DNA of 64,000 nucleotides from an uncultured virus (IMG/VR IMGVR_UViG_3300002066_000001) (taxonomy: Duplodnaviria; Heunggongvirae; Uroviricota; Caudoviricetes). Location: the IMG/VR virus record IMGVR_UViG_3300002066_000001. One strand, 5' to 3'. A model generated the notes under the pieces. The model did no database searches and was not told where the DNA came from. It worked only from the letters and a program-made list of their open reading frames with translations. Position numbers and translations under genes: made by a program. This document shows positions 60,254-64,000 of this stretch, in pieces. How positions within the stretch are numbered: position 1 is the first letter of the stretch; each line of letters begins with the position of its first letter.

Positions 60254-60508
60254 TCATGGCTTCACCTCGGAGGCAAGGGCGGAGGCGGGAACAACAATGC
60301 ACCCATTCCGACCGTGCATGTCACAATGAATCTGCCCCTTCAGCAGGTCTGCTTTCTCCTGCTCTGCCCCCTCTGCACGGCCCTGAGCGAGACAGGCTTC
60401 CTTGAACGCAGCAATCTCAGCCCCGAATGCTCTATGCCCGGGGAAATAATGGTCAGCGACTGCATGGATAAGAGTGGTCTCGGCTGTATTAACCTTGCTA
60501 TATGCCAT
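60254..60508 (-). CDS. Hypothetical protein of the modular RAEGAEQE / SxLAxEVKP family
   Basis: ACLAQGRAEGAEQEK...VPASALASEVKP. Confidence 0.65.
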   Translation of the reverse strand: MAYSKVNTAETTLIHAVADHYFPGHRAFGAEIAAFKEACLAQGRAEGAEQEKADLLKGQIHCDMHGRNGCIVVPASALASEVKP

Positions 60509-60864
60509 TGTCGGCCTCCCCAGTAACGCGAGCAAGAATATAGTTTCCGCCCCTTTCTAGTCCCCACCGTAAATACTGTCGCGCAACCATTTCCGACTCC
60601 CATATAGTCCCTCCGAACTTTGCAACGGGGGCTCCTTCCAAATCCACGACAATCCATCCCTCGTAGGGAATGGGGATGAGGTCGAGAGGATGTTCATCAG
60701 AATAGCCGTTGTATTTTCCATCGGCCTGCCATCTGTTCTTGTAAACCACTCGGAAACGTAATAATGCCGACGATGGGAAAGTCCTCATTCTTAACATTGT
60801 CGCGGAGAATCTCTACGATATCGCCCTCTCTTGTCAGATACTTTCCCTTCATCGTCACTATCAT
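60498..60864 (-). pseudogene. Frameshifted conserved phage gene
   Basis: The N-terminus MIVTMKGKYLTREG...DFPIVGII and the C-terminus WQADGKY...EHPLDLI lie in different frames, with the switch near 60733-60745. Confidence 0.55.
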
Positions 60865-61205
60865 GGCTTCTCCTTCGGCGCGAGGACAAAAGTGGGGTCA
60901 TTGAACGCAGAAAGGGGGATAATCAATGACATCTGATGAAGAAAGTCATCAACTGGCATTGCAAGCGTTCGTATCCTTTCCCTCTCCTGCTCTTCCCCCT
61001 CTGTCTTTCCTGCCGCAAAAGCGGTATCATGGTCATCAATAAGTTTGTTGAATGCGTCGGAGTTTCTCTTCTCTAATTCCTCTGCCCCCTCTGCACGACC
61101 TTGCTCAAGAGACGCATTCATAAGGCGAGTTGCATCTTCGCATTGTTCTGACGTGAAAGTCCACCTACCAATAAGACACATCGCCTCATCAACCTTGCTC
61201 AACAT
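60861..61205 (-). CDS. Hypothetical protein of the modular family
   Basis: QGRAEGAEE...EGEEQERERIR...FVLAPKEKP. Confidence 0.65.
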   Translation of the reverse strand: MLSKVDEAMCLIGRWTFTSEQCEDATRLMNASLEQGRAEGAEELEKRNSDAFNKLIDDHDTAFAAGKTEGEEQERERIRTLAMPVDDFLHQMSLIIPLSAFNDPTFVLAPKEKP

Positions 61206-61853
61206 TCTCTGCCTCCTTTGCTACACCCTAATGACGGAACTGAACAGACTTTCACTCTTTTTGATAGGACGGTCTTCCACTTTGAGAATCACGTTTTTTC
61301 CTCGCCGTTTCTTTTCCTTCTTCGCCCACGGAAGTCTGTCGTCACTCTCGTCGGGAGCATCGAAAGATTTGTCGGTCATCTGAATAAGTTCCGGAGAGAA
61401 GTAGTGAATCGACATCCCCTTTTCCGAATCGTCTCTGCAGATGACACCCCACTTGTCGTTGCGCCACATACCCCATAGCAAACCTTCTCCATCGGGGGAG
61501 TCGACAAGGTGATACCGGAACATCAGGTAGTAGTCGATAGTTGCCGGGTTATCCGGGTCAAAATTGGCTCCGGCTGCCACGATTTCTGGACGTTCATTGA
61601 GATAAACTCCTTTGGCCTCATAGAACTTCACCTCACACTCTCCGTAGTTTCTCAACAGCCCAGTATTCCCAGTGGTTCGAGAAGGTTTCTATAAGGTCAC
61701 AGACGACGAAGTCTCCGATGTTCAATTCGTCGTGCAGTGTCTTGGTCGCTCCACAAAAGTCAGGGTGCCTTGTACTGTCGATGCAAATCCAGAACCCATA
61801 TTCACAGCCGGGGTGCAGACCTGAGTGGCTCTTCTCGAGGATGAGTCCAGCTA

Positions 61854-62060
61854 TCATGAGTTCTCCTTTTTGAATGACAGCCAATAGGAAGACAGTTCAG
61901 TGTTGGGTGTTTCCTTGAGGTCTTCTATTAGTTCTCTCAGAGAATCCCAGTAATCATCCACAGCGTCTTCTCTCGTTTTGCCAGTCCCGTGAACCGGAGG
62001 GTTCTCCGTGGTGGCAAGCCAATACTCCTTGTCCCACACAACCTTGATGTCATCGCTCAC
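61854..62060 (-). CDS. HicB-like small protein
   Basis: YWLA......VHGTGKTREDAV....D pattern of the HicB N-terminal fold; no HicA seen nearby. Confidence 0.5.
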   Translation of the reverse strand: MSDDIKVVWDKEYWLATTENPPVHGTGKTREDAVDDYWDSLRELIEDLKETPNTELSSYWLSFKKENS

Positions 62061-62341
62061 GGCAGTACCGCGATTGCACACGGGCCATTGTACCCTTCTG
62101 TGATTCGTACACGAGAACCTAACGAGACCTTATGGAACAGGATAGAGTCTGTCCACACTGTCCACAGAGAACCATCCACCCTGACGACAAGGTGGTACTC
62201 GGCTCCGCCGTAGTAGGGGTTCATGTTCATGCTGACTACTGTGCCTTCATAGACAGAAGGTAGATGTTGTTCTGGCAGGTCACAACCACTTGCTATCCCG
62301 AGTACGAAGCAGATGATGAGAAGACATACGATGCGTTTCAT
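62057..62341 (-). CDS. Putative lipoprotein
   Basis: MKR-hydrophobic-IASGC signal and lipobox. Confidence 0.55.
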   Translation of the reverse strand: MKRIVCLLIICFVLGIASGCDLPEQHLPSVYEGTVVSMNMNPYYGGAEYHLVVRVDGSLWTVWTDSILFHKVSLGSRVRITEGYNGPCAIAVLP

Positions 62342-62747
62342 GCTGCTCCTTCCATCATTTTCAGGACGACCTCTCCATAGGCGTCGACAGGATTGACTGC
62401 CGAGAACTTGAAGACTATGTTGTCAGAACCGAACGCCCGCACGATGAAACGTGGTTCGTACTTTCCCTTCTCACCTTCAAAGGTTCGCCAATCGACCTCG
62501 ACGGTCATTGCCCTGTTCGAGAAGATAGGACTGGTCATCATCCACATCTGCAGCGTGTCGAGACGATAGGCCGCGTACTCTCTTGCTGTAGGAAGGAAGA
62601 TGTCCTCGATACCCAAGTGAATACTTCCGTCTGGATACTCAACCCATGAAGCGTCATAACGATACTTAAATCCTGCCTCGTAGAGCCTCAGCGAAACGTC
62701 GAATGATGTTATTGGTCTGAGCCGTTCGATAGAAAGTTCTGCGGCTG

Positions 62748-63104
62748 TCATGGCGTTCTCAAAACGACATTGGTGTAGCTCTTCTCGGAGGTTAGCTGGA
62801 TGTCATCAACATTGATAACCACAATACGCTTCTCCGGCTGGAAGTACCGCGCCATTCGCGCCTGTGCTACGTCCCACAATGAGCCCTCGGAAGCAGGATT
62901 CCACCACACATGAACTTCATCGGCCCACATGATGTCTTGTTCGTGTGCTTCAGTGATGGATAGACCATCTCCGCTTTGATTGGTGTCACGGAACGGGCAA
63001 CGTACTTGATACCCCCTTGTTTCTAGGGCAGCGACATACGACAGAATCCTTGTGCGTTCAACTTCCGTCAGATGACGGACAGGACAGACAATATAGACTC
63101 TCAT
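62748..63104 (-). CDS. Nucleoside 2-deoxyribosyltransferase-like protein
   Basis: RVYIVCPV...LE..GY.V..P.RD...ADEV..WW...SEGS.WD pattern. Confidence 0.55.
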   Translation of the reverse strand: MRVYIVCPVRHLTEVERTRILSYVAALETRGYQVRCPFRDTNQSGDGLSITEAHEQDIMWADEVHVWWNPASEGSLWDVAQARMARYFQPEKRIVVINVDDIQLTSEKSYTNVVLRTP

Positions 63105-63261
63105 GGTTGCCTCTTTCTGACTACGACGCCCTCTTCAAGATGGTTGATGATGATTGCCAGTCCGATTGCCACAACGAAGCCAACAACATAGATTGCTGTT
63201 GCAATAGGTTGACCCGCCGCGCCAAGGGAACATAACAAAAGCCAGATTGCTAACCACCACA

Positions 63262-63801
63262 TCACAACTCCTTTGGGTCGACGTATTTGAGTTGTTCAGC
63301 AAGTCCATGTCCTTCAACCTCAACAAACTTAACCTTCGGCGACTGACCATACAGTCCGAGATTGAAGGTGAGTCGACGCCATTGTGCGACTGCGTAGTAG
63401 TCTTTTGGCTTCAGACTGACGAACCAGTAGTCTATGAGGTCGAACAGTCCGGGCATGAAGGATTCCGTGAAGTTCGTGTAGATTGCCTTGTGCCACACTT
63501 CGGGGATGTCGTTCATGATGATGCCGACAAGTTCCTTCTGGTATAGCAACGGCTCCCCGCCGCCAAATGCGATGCCATTGTACGGGTGCTCGAGGATGTT
63601 CTTCAAGATAGACTGATACCGGGAGAAGGGGGATTCGTACTCAACCATCAGTTCTTTGTTGAAACAGAAGGGACATTCCAAGTTACAACCTTGGAAGAGC
63701 AGCGTCCCGGAGATACACCCGGGGACTTCTGCTGTCAAATCGACAAACGAGTGGACGCTAGTGTAACTCCTAGAACTTGACAAGTTGATGTGACTGGTCA
63801 T
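63262..63801 (-). CDS. Radical SAM protein, anaerobic RNR activase-like
   Basis: LFQGCNLECPFCFN (CxxxCxxC), FGGGEP, IYTN. Confidence 0.8.
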   Translation of the reverse strand: MTSHINLSSSRSYTSVHSFVDLTAEVPGCISGTLLFQGCNLECPFCFNKELMVEYESPFSRYQSILKNILEHPYNGIAFGGGEPLLYQKELVGIIMNDIPEVWHKAIYTNFTESFMPGLFDLIDYWFVSLKPKDYYAVAQWRRLTFNLGLYGQSPKVKFVEVEGHGLAEQLKYVDPKEL

Positions 63802-64000
63802 AGAATCCGATTTTCCTCATCGCAGAGACGGGAACCATCTGTTGTTTCCCATACCCAAGGTTGACCGAGTCGGCATTCTCCCAATCAGATTTCGTGCTCT
63901 CGTAGATGTCTCCGGTATCCGATTCTGTGATGCGAACGCGGCGCACGTCGTTCTCTCCGAACTTCTCGACAACGCTGCTCTGGATGCCATAAGCGTTAAA

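Overview
This window is most of a tailed dsDNA phage genome, probably circularly permuted. A long minus-strand block of small accessory genes runs from about 20.5 kb to position 1 and appears to resume from 64 kb back to 54.8 kb. A plus-strand block (22-54.7 kb) carries a tRNA and tRNA-like cluster, a large structured non-coding stretch, terminase, Mu-like portal and protease, capsid, and a non-contractile tail with a -1 frameshift chaperone. It continues with tail fibres, a complete diversity-generating retroelement (target VR, hairpin, avd, TR, RT), lysis genes and ParA plus a small partner. A DnaA-like initiator converges on parA and no integrase is visible, which suggests a phage-plasmid. 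The most unusual signal is a non-coding stretch of about 1.4 kb (57.6-59.0 kb) densely packed with different palindromes and helically phased direct repeats. Several of these resemble self-palindromic segments that I recall from RhuM, DinD, BRO-N, YhcG/DUF1016 and Fic/AlbA-type genes, so it is a candidate decoy or self-mimic binding-site catalogue. All family assignments come from motif recognition by eye; no searches were run.
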